Positions 18,504 to 26,773 of a stretch of DNA of 53,561 bases are shown piece by piece. Made by a program: the position numbers and the translations under genes. Position 1 is the stretch's first letter; every line of letters begins with the position of its first letter. Source of the DNA: a virus (lineage: Duplodnaviria; Caudoviricetes); the IMG/VR virus record IMGVR_UViG_3300008120_000183, positions 1-53,561 of that record; one strand, 5' to 3'. The notes under the pieces are model-generated. The model was given only the letters and a program-made list of their open reading frames with translations, ran no database searches and was not told the origin of the DNA.

Positions 18504-18983
18504 ATGAATATATTTTACATTAATACGGATCCTATAATTGCTGCTAGGGAATTAGCAGATGATCACATTCGTAAAATGCAAATTGAATGTGCTCAAATGT
18601 GTTGTGTTGCTCATTGGGAAAATGGTTCAAGTGCTCCTTATCGAAAATCTCACACCAATCACCCTTCTACTAAATGGACAAGAGAATCAATACAACATTA
18701 TAGATGGGTTGTAAAACATGGACTTGAAATTTGTAGTGAGTTTACTAAGCGTTATGGTAAGCACCATAAAACTCAAGATGTTTTAGAGTGGCTTAGAGAT
18801 AACGAACCTAATATTCCTGATACGGGTTTTGTAGATCCTCCTCAATGTATGCCTGAAGAGTTTAAAGAGGATAATACTTTAAAAGCTTATAAAAAGTTTT
18901 ATGTGTTAGATAAAGTAGGCGTTAAAAGGTTAGATTGGAAAAAATTAAATAATCGACCTTCGTGGGTGAATATTTATGGGTAA
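18504..18983 (+). CDS. Pyrimidine dimer DNA glycosylase (DenV-like family)
   Basis: MNIFYINTDP..AA..L.D.HIRKM.IE.AQM, HTNHPSTKW, PPQCMP; start re-called at 18504. Confidence 0.75.
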   Translation: MNIFYINTDPIIAARELADDHIRKMQIECAQMCCVAHWENGSSAPYRKSHTNHPSTKWTRESIQHYRWVVKHGLEICSEFTKRYGKHHKTQDVLEWLRDNEPNIPDTGFVDPPQCMPEEFKEDNTLKAYKKFYVLDKVGVKRLDWKKLNNRPSWVNIYG

Positions 18984-19088
18984 AACCATGGCACGCAAGA
19001 AAAAGAAAATTCAATTTAGACCTAAGTTTGATAGAAAACAACACCAAGTTTATCAAAACAATTTAGCCATTATTAACGGACTAACTAA

Positions 19089-19451
19089 ATGCCTACATAC
19101 ACCAGAGCTCAACTAAGAAATGGGGTTACAGCTTCTGCTAATTTAACTGCAGGAACCTATAATTTTTCTCTTGTAAATAACATTGAGAATACCTATTTTT
19201 CTATTGAAGGGGTAAATAGTTTTATTTTCCAATCCGCTTCATTGGCCTCCCTTTCTAACTGCACTGTAGTATCGGGATCGAGAAATGCTGCTTTTTCTGT
19301 TAAAGGTAATTCAACAGCAACTTTTAATTTTGTTGTTACAAAAACTATACCTAAAGAACAAATCAAATTTAGAGCTACAAATCCTCTAATATACAGCATA
19401 GGAGATATTACATCTTCAGGATCTATTAAAGGAATCCAGGCGTCATATTAA
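19089..19451 (+). CDS. Ser/Thr-rich beta protein, possible virion component
   Basis: Composition; ATATTTAT at 18970. Confidence 0.5.
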   Translation: MPTYTRAQLRNGVTASANLTAGTYNFSLVNNIENTYFSIEGVNSFIFQSASLASLSNCTVVSGSRNAAFSVKGNSTATFNFVVTKTIPKEQIKFRATNPLIYSIGDITSSGSIKGIQASY

Positions 19452-19496
19452 AGTCATCTTAAGATTTGGAAATTTGAAATCTTTTTTGTATCTTTA
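19442..19496 (+). promoter_or_regulatory. Early promoter module
   Basis: GTCAT 19442 and 19453, TTGG 19466, TATCTTTA 19489. Confidence 0.8.
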
Positions 19497-19500
19497 GGAT

Positions 19501-19830
19501 ATGAAAAAAGTTAAGACATATCTGTTTTTGGCGGGGTTGGGTTTGATCTCATCCAATACAAATGCCCAGTATGTTTATATCATTCACCCAGATGATACTG
19601 TCACTAAACCCACACACATTATTGATTTGGTGTATGAAATGGGAGAGGCGGATTGGGTTGTTGCTCCTACTGTAGATCGGCAAGAAGCGGAGCGTCAAGA
19701 AGGGATGTGGTTTTTTGTTCAAGATCCTTCAAAGGCTGATTTCCTTATAAGGATTGAGCGAGGGCCAATGAAAGATAAAACTTTAGTATATTTGACTGAA
19801 AATGAGTTGCGTGTTCGTGTAAATTACTAA
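19501..19830 (+). CDS. Secreted hypothetical protein (DUF6150-like)
   Basis: TNA|Q signal; ADWVV...GMWFFV...ADFLI. Confidence 0.55.
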   Translation: MKKVKTYLFLAGLGLISSNTNAQYVYIIHPDDTVTKPTHIIDLVYEMGEADWVVAPTVDRQEAERQEGMWFFVQDPSKADFLIRIERGPMKDKTLVYLTENELRVRVNY

Positions 19831-19845
19831 TAAAAATTATATATT

Positions 19846-19995
19846 ATGACAAACCCTACAAAAAACTACATCATTAAAACAATTAATGATTTTTTGGAAA
19901 AAGAACCAACTTTGGAAAAGGAAAAAGGTACTTCTTATACATTGGGATATGCCATTGGAGTATTAAAGGATGTAAAAAATCTTTTAGAAGATTAA
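19846..19995 (+). CDS. Small hypothetical protein (49 aa)
   Basis: MTNPTKNYII...NLLED. Confidence 0.45.
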   Translation: MTNPTKNYIIKTINDFLEKEPTLEKEKGTSYTLGYAIGVLKDVKNLLED

Positions 19996-20046
19996 TAATT
20001 TCGTCATACAAAAATTTGGATTTGCGAAAATCCGTTCGTATATTTC
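19992..20046 (+). promoter_or_regulatory. Early promoter module
   Basis: TTAAT 19992, GTCAT 20003, TTGG 20016, TATATTTC 20039. Confidence 0.7.
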
Positions 20047-20079
20047 GGCATAAAGATTGAAAGCATAACACAAAATCAA

Positions 20080-20922
20080 TTGATTATGGAAAGTTTGATG
20101 TTCACCGCCCAAGAAGAAAGTCAATTTTTGACTATGGAGCAAGTAAAAAAAGCATGTTCTGCTGCTTTTACTACAAAACCTAGTGGTAATGTTTCCGAAT
20201 ATTACACTCACATCCCTACACACCAAGTTATTGAAGATATGGGTAAATTGGGTTGGGGTGTGATTGATGCTAAACAAATTAAATCTCGGAAACAGAGTGG
20301 AGAAGGGACTCAAAAACACATGATTGTGTTCCGGCATCCTGATCTTATGGTTGAAGGAAAAGATGGGGATAATGTTTGGCCCCAAATCATTATGACTAAT
20401 TCTCATGATGGAAAAAATTCATTTACCTTCCAAGCAGGAATGTATCGTTTGGTGTGTTCCAATGGTTTGGTAATTGCTGATCAAGAATTTGGCTCGATGA
20501 AAATTCGCCATATGGGTTATGATTTTGAAACCCTCCGTAATACTATTGGTTCTATGGTTGAACGATTGCCTTTGACGGTTGAAAGCATGAACAAGTTTAA
20601 ATCTACAGAATTGTCACAAGAACAAAAGTATGATTTGGCTCGTAAAGCTCTTGAAACTCGATTCCAAGTTCAAGAGAACCAAAAAGTTGACTTGATTTAC
20701 AAAGTTGACTTGGACAAATTCCTTACCCCAGTACGGAAAGAAGATTCGGGTAATGATTTGTGGAGTGTATTTAATCTTATTCAAGAGCGAATCATTGAAG
20801 GAGATTTTGAGTATGTTAATGGGGTTAAAATGCGTAAAGCTCGTAAAATTAAGAATTTTAACCAAGATTTGGATGTAAATAAAAAGCTTTTTGAAGTAGC
20901 AAAAGAGTTTGTTGCTGCATAA
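20080..20922 (+). CDS. DUF932/DUF945-family protein
   Basis: NSHDGKNSF, AGMYRLVCSNGL, IRH, DLWSVFNLIQE. Confidence 0.85.
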   Translation: MIMESLMFTAQEESQFLTMEQVKKACSAAFTTKPSGNVSEYYTHIPTHQVIEDMGKLGWGVIDAKQIKSRKQSGEGTQKHMIVFRHPDLMVEGKDGDNVWPQIIMTNSHDGKNSFTFQAGMYRLVCSNGLVIADQEFGSMKIRHMGYDFETLRNTIGSMVERLPLTVESMNKFKSTELSQEQKYDLARKALETRFQVQENQKVDLIYKVDLDKFLTPVRKEDSGNDLWSVFNLIQERIIEGDFEYVNGVKMRKARKIKNFNQDLDVNKKLFEVAKEFVAA

Positions 20923-20988
20923 AGCAGTTGCCATGTTGTTTAAAGGGGGGGAAGGAGAACCCCCCCAATAACAAAAAAATTAACATAA

Positions 20989-21168
20989 ATGAATCCTGTG
21001 TACGAAATTAACCAAATGAATTCAGTTGAAGCAATTCTTGAGCAAGCTGATATTTATGGCTTAAGGGCCGAAGTAATGGCATGTGCAATTGCTTTGGTTC
21101 GCCAAAACCCCCTCTTACCCACGGGGTCGGCTTATATGATGGCCGCCTTAGAATGGGACGTTCTTTGA
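20989..21168 (+). CDS. Small hypothetical protein (59 aa)
   Basis: MNPVYEINQ...ALEWDVL. Confidence 0.55.
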   Translation: MNPVYEINQMNSVEAILEQADIYGLRAEVMACAIALVRQNPLLPTGSAYMMAALEWDVL

Positions 21169-21193
21169 TAGAAACCTTTAAATCATTTGTTAT

Positions 21194-21379
21194 ATGGAGT
21201 TTATTTCTTATCTTCAAATTGCAGTTTTTACTGCTATGGCTGTTATGATGTTTAACATGTATTTGCGTATCCGAGATTTGGAATCCGCGATTGATGAGGT
21301 AGATGATGTCATTGATGAAATGGATGCTGACCTCGAAAAAGATTTTGCCCGAATTGAAAATAAGATTACTACTCGGTAA
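21194..21379 (+). CDS. Small membrane-anchored acidic protein
   Basis: N-terminal TM segment plus acidic coil. Confidence 0.55.
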   Translation: MEFISYLQIAVFTAMAVMMFNMYLRIRDLESAIDEVDDVIDEMDADLEKDFARIENKITTR

Positions 21380-21389
21380 GAGTAGTATT

Positions 21390-21474
21390 GGTGAGATGGC
21401 AGAGTGGTCTATCGCGTCGGTCTTGAAAACCGAAGTACTGCAAGGTACCGGGGGTTCGAATCCCTCTCTCACCG
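21390..21474 (+). tRNA. trnS: tRNA-Ser(TGA)
   Basis: Acceptor GGTGAGA/TCTCACC, anticodon arm TCGGT-CTTGAAA-ACCGA, long V arm, GTTCGAATCC; no CCA. Confidence 0.95.
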
Positions 21475-21518
21475 CGAGTTTTTATAAATTTTAACAAGTA
21501 AATAATTAATTAAACACA

Positions 21519-21686
21519 ATGAAAAACTTTTTTGTACTTGCAGCCGTTGTTGGCTTGGTAGCGTGTAACAACACAGAAACTGAAACCGAAAACCAGGTTC
21601 AGGGTCAAGACACTATTGTAGTAGCTGTTGATTCTACTGCAGTTGTTGTTGATACTACTGTTGTTGAGACTGAGGTAGCCCAGTAA
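21519..21686 (+). CDS. Small lipoprotein with D-(S/T)-x glycosylation sequons (55 aa)
   Basis: MKNFFVLAAVVGLVAC; DTI, DST, DTT. Confidence 0.75.
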   Translation: MKNFFVLAAVVGLVACNNTETETENQVQGQDTIVVAVDSTAVVVDTTVVETEVAQ

Positions 21687-21712
21687 CAACCCCAGCCCTT
21701 AGGGGCTAAAAC

Positions 21713-21797
21713 GGAAGATTGCCAGAGTGGTTAATGGAGCGGTTTGCTAAACCGTCATCAAGAAATTGATGCGTTGGTTCGAATCCAACATCTTCCG
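21713..21797 (+). tRNA. trnS: tRNA-Ser(GCT)
   Basis: GGAAGAT/ATCTTCC, GCGGT-TTGCTAA-ACCGT, long V arm, GTTCGAATCC. Confidence 0.93.
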
Positions 21798-21821
21798 CCC
21801 GAACGAAGCAAATACCAGGAT

Positions 21822-21895
21822 GCGGGTGTGGCGGAATTGGCATACGCACTTGACTTAGGATCAAGTTATTGGGGGTTCGAGTCCCTCCACCCGTA
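21822..21895 (+). tRNA. trnL: tRNA-Leu(TAG) with short variable loop
   Basis: GCGGGTG/CACCCGT, CTTGA-CTTAGGA-TCAAG, 5-nt V loop, GTTCGAGTCC, A discriminator. Confidence 0.9.
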
Positions 21896-21967
21896 CAAAC
21901 TTCGTCATGCGAAAAACGTGATTTTACTCAAAAATTTTATTATATTTATGACGTAAAAATTGCAGCC

Positions 21968-22099
21968 ATGACCCAATTAATTTCAACTATTTTTGTTTCT
22001 TACTTCAATTTGTTTAAAGGAGATACTTTAGAAGAAAAACAAATCAATTGGTTTTTTAATCTTGCATTTTACACTAATTTATACTCTATTATTTTCTAA
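21968..22099 (+). CDS. Small hydrophobic protein
   Basis: Downstream of a promoter-like module at 21904-21948; stop overlaps the next ATG. Confidence 0.4.
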   Translation: MTQLISTIFVSYFNLFKGDTLEEKQINWFFNLAFYTNLYSIIF

Positions 22100-22548
22100 T
22101 GATGTTTCAAACTGTTAATGGTAAAAAAGTTAGTATCATTAACCACACAGAAAAAATAATTCAAACTAATCCTTTTATCGAAATTCATATAGGAACGGAT
22201 TCCCATAGGTGCTATGAAGGAGTAATTTATGTAACTGCTATTGCTTATCGTTATCCTGCAAGAGGGGTACATTATATTTATAATAAAGTTAGAAAACCTC
22301 CTATTAAAGATAATTGGAGTCGTTTATGGCTGGAAACTGAACTATCTTTAGAAACTGCTGAAGTTCTTTCTTCTAAATTTCCTGGGATTAAGTTTGAAAT
22401 TGATATGGACTATAACGATGATGAATATTATGAAAGTCATCGTTTGGTTTCTTCTGCAAGGGGGTGGGCTTCATCTTATGGATATAAAGTTAATATAAAA
22501 CCTCACAAACAAATTGCGACAAAGGCCGCAGATTATCATTGCAAATGA
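22099..22548 (+). CDS. RNase H-like YkuK (DUF458) family protein
   Basis: IHIGTDS, RGVHYIY, RLWLE, EIDMD, IKP..IATKAAD. Confidence 0.8.
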   Translation: MMFQTVNGKKVSIINHTEKIIQTNPFIEIHIGTDSHRCYEGVIYVTAIAYRYPARGVHYIYNKVRKPPIKDNWSRLWLETELSLETAEVLSSKFPGIKFEIDMDYNDDEYYESHRLVSSARGWASSYGYKVNIKPHKQIATKAADYHCK

Positions 22549-22605
22549 ATTATTGGACGTATAATACAACATATGGGGATTTAGAACCCAACTATATTTA
22601 TAAAC

Positions 22606-22818
22606 ATGGAACCGAGATTAATAAAGGCTTTAAAAAAACAGGCACAAGCAGACAGAGAGGAAGCATTACTTACGTTGGAAACCCTCATCCACTACCCAGC
22701 TGGGATTGGTGAGCACACCTCAGGTCATTTTTTAGAAGAAGCTAAAAAAGCTCTTATTAAATTGGGGGAAGCTGAGGGCCAACTTGAAACTATAAAAAGA
22801 CACTTTGGATATCAATAA
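22606..22818 (+). CDS. Hypothetical protein
   Basis: PAGIGEH motif; ATATTTAT at 22594. Confidence 0.65.
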   Translation: MEPRLIKALKKQAQADREEALLTLETLIHYPAGIGEHTSGHFLEEAKKALIKLGEAEGQLETIKRHFGYQ

Positions 22819-23227
22819 AATATTTGGGACATTTAATTCTAAAGATGAAGATAAGGCTTCTTTCCCTAGTCCTCATTTTATAGATGATAATCACCCTAGG
22901 TATTTTATTAGATTGTTTGTTAAGCTTTTAACTAACTACCCGACTTACATGAAACAAACCCTAGGAGTCCTTAGACACTCAGGAACTACTATGGATTTAG
23001 ATGAATTAAAAACTGCTGCTGATATTTTACTTTACAATAAGGCGTATGAATGTATTGTACAAGTAGATGTTCAAGACAAATACCATATTAAAGTCTTATT
23101 TGAAGAAGCAGATGATGATCTAAAAGTATCATTAAATAAAATATTAAATTTTTTTGAAAAGGGAGAAGAATATGAAAAATGCGCAAACATTAAAAAATAC
23201 CTTGATTTTTTAAATTTTTCTTCTTAA
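22805..23227 (+). CDS. Hypothetical protein with C-terminal UVR-like motif
   Basis: FFEKGEEYEKCANIKKYL. Confidence 0.6.
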   Translation: MDINKIFGTFNSKDEDKASFPSPHFIDDNHPRYFIRLFVKLLTNYPTYMKQTLGVLRHSGTTMDLDELKTAADILLYNKAYECIVQVDVQDKYHIKVLFEEADDDLKVSLNKILNFFEKGEEYEKCANIKKYLDFLNFSS

Positions 23228-23251
23228 TTTCCGTTATAAAATAATAAAAAA

Positions 23252-23446
23252 ATGCATTACAGAGAACACATTGTCAGAAAACTTGAAAATCTTGAAGCTA
23301 AACTTAAGCACATTGAATTTCATAACAGTAGAGGAAACACAACTGAAGTAACTTTAACCAAAACTCAGTGTGAAGAATTAGTAGAAGATATTAAAGCTAC
23401 TATTGAAAGGGAGCCTTTTACTTCGAATGAAGTTAACAAATACTAA
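23252..23446 (+). CDS. Small hypothetical protein
   Basis: ORF after a TTGA-N19-TA promoter-like site (23202/23225). Confidence 0.55.
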   Translation: MHYREHIVRKLENLEAKLKHIEFHNSRGNTTEVTLTKTQCEELVEDIKATIEREPFTSNEVNKY

Positions 23447-23462
23447 TTTTAATTAAAAAGTT

Positions 23463-24236
23463 ATGGAATTTACCGCTGAGCAAATTCGAAAGAATTGGGA
23501 AATTTTTCTCAATAACATTGGAGTTTTTATTACTGGAGAGCGTAAGCAAAAATTACTCGATTTTTATAAAGAATATGAAGATCGTATTATTATGATGCCC
23601 GCAGCCCATAAAAAAGAATATCATAATGCTTTTCCAGGGGGTTATGTAGACCATGTTAATCGTGTAGTAGATTGTGCTATTAAATTAGCTAATGTTTGGC
23701 AGCAGATGGGAGTAGATATGTCTACATTCACTATGGAAGAATTGATATTCTCAGCTATTAATCATGACTTAGGTAAAATAGGAGATGAAGAACATGAAGC
23801 TTATATCCCCCAGACTGATCAATGGAGGAAAGAAAAGTTAGGAGAAACTTATCAACATAGTGATAAGTTAGCTTTTGCTTCTATCCCTGATCGTGGTCTA
23901 TATCTCCTCCAGGCCCATGATGTTAAATATACCTTTAATGAAATGTTAGGTATTCAGACTCATGATGGTTTGTATGATGAAGCTAATAAAAAATATTTGA
24001 TTAATTTTTCTCCTTCTACTAAACCTAGAACCGCTCTCCCTTATATTCTCCATCAGGCTGACTTAATGGCGGCTAGAATTGAATTTGAAAAAGAGTGGTT
24101 GCCTAAGTTTAACAATCCCGTGCCCCCCCAGAAGGAAAATTTTACATTGAATAAAGAATCTAAAAAATCTACAAAAGATAAGGCTCTTTCTAATATAAAA
24201 AGTGAAAGCCTTAAAAATATATTTGATAAACTATGA
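23463..24236 (+). CDS. HD-domain phosphohydrolase
   Basis: YHNAFPGGYVDH, NHDLGKIG, THDG, LHQAD. Confidence 0.88.
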   Translation: MEFTAEQIRKNWEIFLNNIGVFITGERKQKLLDFYKEYEDRIIMMPAAHKKEYHNAFPGGYVDHVNRVVDCAIKLANVWQQMGVDMSTFTMEELIFSAINHDLGKIGDEEHEAYIPQTDQWRKEKLGETYQHSDKLAFASIPDRGLYLLQAHDVKYTFNEMLGIQTHDGLYDEANKKYLINFSPSTKPRTALPYILHQADLMAARIEFEKEWLPKFNNPVPPQKENFTLNKESKKSTKDKALSNIKSESLKNIFDKL

Positions 24237-24514
24237 TAAGTACAATAATTATTTCAATTTTATCGATTTTGGTTGTGATCTTAGGATTCACAACCATTAA
24301 TCTTTTACGTAAAAACGAAAAACAAGAAGATATTCTTGCTAATTACTTGGTTTATCTTGATAAACTTTCAAAAACTATAGAATTTGCAGAGGAAAAATAT
24401 AAACAAATTGACTCTAAAGAAATTTTTAAAAGCGACGACGAAATTGGATTTATGTACCAACAACTAAAAGATCTCCAGCAAATTCTATCCAATTTTAAAA
24501 TAAGTAAATTATGA
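24233..24514 (+). CDS. Membrane-anchored hypothetical protein
   Basis: N-terminal TM helix. Confidence 0.6.
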   Translation: MISTIIISILSILVVILGFTTINLLRKNEKQEDILANYLVYLDKLSKTIEFAEEKYKQIDSKEIFKSDDEIGFMYQQLKDLQQILSNFKISKL

Positions 24515-25227
24515 CTGGGGTAGAAACTAAAAAGAAAAAAGGGGATAAACAATACTTTACTCAAGCTACAGAAGATGCTATTGTAAAATACAATAACTCA
24601 ACTGATTTTGAAGAGCGTAGCAGAATTTATAGAGATGAAATTCACTATGGTTTTTTTAAATTAACAGAAAATATTATTCATACCTTTAAATTTTATTATA
24701 CTGAGGTAGATGAGATAGAACATTTACAACATGAAGTAATGACGTTTTTGTTAGATAAAATTCATCTGTTTAATCCTGAAAGGGGGGCAAAAGCATTTTC
24801 ATATTTTGGGACGATTGCTAAAAGATATTTAATTATACAAAATACAAAAAACTATAAAAAAAGAATAGACAAAGCTCCGGTTGAAGAACTCCATACAGAC
24901 ATAAATTATTCATATAGTTTAGATGATAACCCTGAGGAAAAAGATGAATTCTCAGGTTTTATGGATGAATATGTTAAATACTGTACTAATAATATTTACA
25001 AATTATTTCCTAAGGAAAAAGACGCCCAAGTTGCTGATGCTATTTTAGAATTATTTAGAAAAAGAGAGGTCTTAAATATTTTTAATAAAAAAGCTCTTTA
25101 TCTTTTAATTAGAGAAATGATAGATGTTAAAACTCCTCACATTACTAGAGTAGCAGATCAATTAGGAGATATATTTAAAAAACATTATATGTTCTATACC
25201 GAGCATGGGTATACAAATTTTAGGTAA
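24511..25227 (+). CDS. Phage sigma factor for late transcription (T4 gp55-like)
   Basis: FNPERGAKAFSYFGTIAKRYL is a sigma region 2-like motif; precedes the structural genes. Confidence 0.7.
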   Translation: MTGVETKKKKGDKQYFTQATEDAIVKYNNSTDFEERSRIYRDEIHYGFFKLTENIIHTFKFYYTEVDEIEHLQHEVMTFLLDKIHLFNPERGAKAFSYFGTIAKRYLIIQNTKNYKKRIDKAPVEELHTDINYSYSLDDNPEEKDEFSGFMDEYVKYCTNNIYKLFPKEKDAQVADAILELFRKREVLNIFNKKALYLLIREMIDVKTPHITRVADQLGDIFKKHYMFYTEHGYTNFR

Positions 25228-25238
25228 ATTTTATATTT

Positions 25239-25583
25239 ATGGCCATGGGGCAATTAGACAAAAAAGTATTTGGCAAGAAAAAATTCTCAGACCTATTAGA
25301 AGAAATTTATACTAATCAAAAAAGAAAAGAAGAACAAATTTCTACTTTAATTTCTGAGCTTAAGCCTCTTATCCAAGATATAGGGGATGCTACACTGGTT
25401 GTTCCTCTCCTCAAAGAGTATCTCGAAATTTCAGTTAAAAATGACGAGCAACTTATTAAAATGGCTACTATTATACAACGTTCTCTTCAAAGTGAGGCTA
25501 CAGATAGTGAAGGTTTTGGAATGACCGAAGAAGAAAAACAACAATTGTTAAATGAGGTAAAAAAGTTTGGAGATAATAAATAA
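25239..25583 (+). CDS. Hypothetical coiled-coil protein
   Basis: ORF after ATATTTAT at 25233. Confidence 0.6.
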   Translation: MAMGQLDKKVFGKKKFSDLLEEIYTNQKRKEEQISTLISELKPLIQDIGDATLVVPLLKEYLEISVKNDEQLIKMATIIQRSLQSEATDSEGFGMTEEEKQQLLNEVKKFGDNK

Positions 25584-26773
25584 TGGCTAAACAATACCAA
25601 GGAATTTCAGCCCTTACGGTAGGGAGCACTCCTCAGATTGCTCCCTCAGTTGTTTCTTCTAAAGAAATTCCTTCGGTTAGAGTAAAAGATATAATATTAG
25701 ATGATACCCACCCAAAATTTGAAGAATATGGGGGGTGGAATGGGGTAGGGACCATCTTTTATGATGATGTTTTATTTCCTTTTGCTTCAGAAACAGCTAA
25801 TGTTGCTGTTCCTTTTTATTCTAACCATAAATTTTACCCCTTAATTAATGAGATAGTCCCTCTTCTTTTTCTTACCAGTTGGGATGCTCAATCTAATACT
25901 AATATTAACCAGGCATATTATTTGCCTTCTATTAATATTTGGAACAGTCAACACCATAACGCTCTTCCTGATCCTACGTTACAGCCTTCTAATCAATCTC
26001 AAAGAGATTATCAAAACTCAATTGATGGGTCTGAAAGGGATGTAAGAAGGGTATATGATAATTCTACCGATATAAATTTAGGTGTTGGGTTTAATGAACA
26101 AATTAATACTCATCCCTTAAGAGTATTTGCTGGGGATAATGTTTTAGAGGGGAGGTGGGGTAATACTATACGATTAGGAAGTACTATTCAAAATAGTATT
26201 AATTATCCTATTACTATTATTAGAAATGGACAAACCCCTAATGCTAGTGAAGAGGGATGGGTTCCTATAGTAGAAGATATAAATAATGATAAATCATTAA
26301 TTTATCTTACAGACAACCAAAAAATTGATATTAATGTAGCTAGCCAAAATTACGCAAGTTATACATCTGCTCCTGTTGCTCCTAGAGAATATACACAAAA
26401 CCAAATTATACTTAATTCTGGGAGGCTATTATTTAATTCTAAAGCTAGTGATATCTTATTAAGTTCTAATCAATCTATAAATTTAAATGCTGTTAATTCT
26501 GTAAATATAGATACCAAAAACGTAGTTGTAAATAGCAATTTTTATTTAGGTGGGCCTAATGTAACTGAGCCTTTATTGAGAGGACAAGTTACAATAGACC
26601 AATTAAATGCTTTAATAGATACTTTAATAACATTTTTTAATGCTTATGGAGGAGAAGCTCCTAATGCTAAAATTGCTTCTACCCCATTAGCTAAAGCTAG
26701 TGTTATTCCATCACTTAATAGAGTAAAAGCTAATTTAGAATTAACTAAATCTAAAATAGGATTTATAAAATAA
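25583..26773 (+). CDS. Putative baseplate hub/spike (gp5-like)
   Basis: GDNVLEGRWGNTIRLGS, beta-helix-like C-terminal half, EPLLRG; next to gp25. Confidence 0.55.
   Translation: MAKQYQGISALTVGSTPQIAPSVVSSKEIPSVRVKDIILDDTHPKFEEYGGWNGVGTIFYDDVLFPFASETANVAVPFYSNHKFYPLINEIVPLLFLTSWDAQSNTNINQAYYLPSINIWNSQHHNALPDPTLQPSNQSQRDYQNSIDGSERDVRRVYDNSTDINLGVGFNEQINTHPLRVFAGDNVLEGRWGNTIRLGSTIQNSINYPITIIRNGQTPNASEEGWVPIVEDINNDKSLIYLTDNQKIDINVASQNYASYTSAPVAPREYTQNQIILNSGRLLFNSKASDILLSSNQSINLNAVNSVNIDTKNVVVNSNFYLGGPNVTEPLLRGQVTIDQLNALIDTLITFFNAYGGEAPNAKIASTPLAKASVIPSLNRVKANLELTKSKIGFIK

Noticed and set aside
11111-20046. Repeated modules as a CRISPR array or IS ends
   Set aside because: Copies are degenerate, irregularly spaced and separated by genes; no cas or transposase is present.
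20945-20966. G7/C7 hairpin as an intrinsic terminator
   Set aside because: No T-tract follows on the + strand; the hairpin is present but its function is unsupported.
21390-21895. Suppressor tRNAs (anticodons written TGA and TAG)
   Set aside because: Read 5'-3', these anticodons decode UCA (Ser) and CUA (Leu), not stop codons.
21008-21956. ORFs 21008..21472(-), 21303..21494, 21744..21956 and the 5' part of 21869..22099
   Set aside because: They are shadows of tRNA genes.
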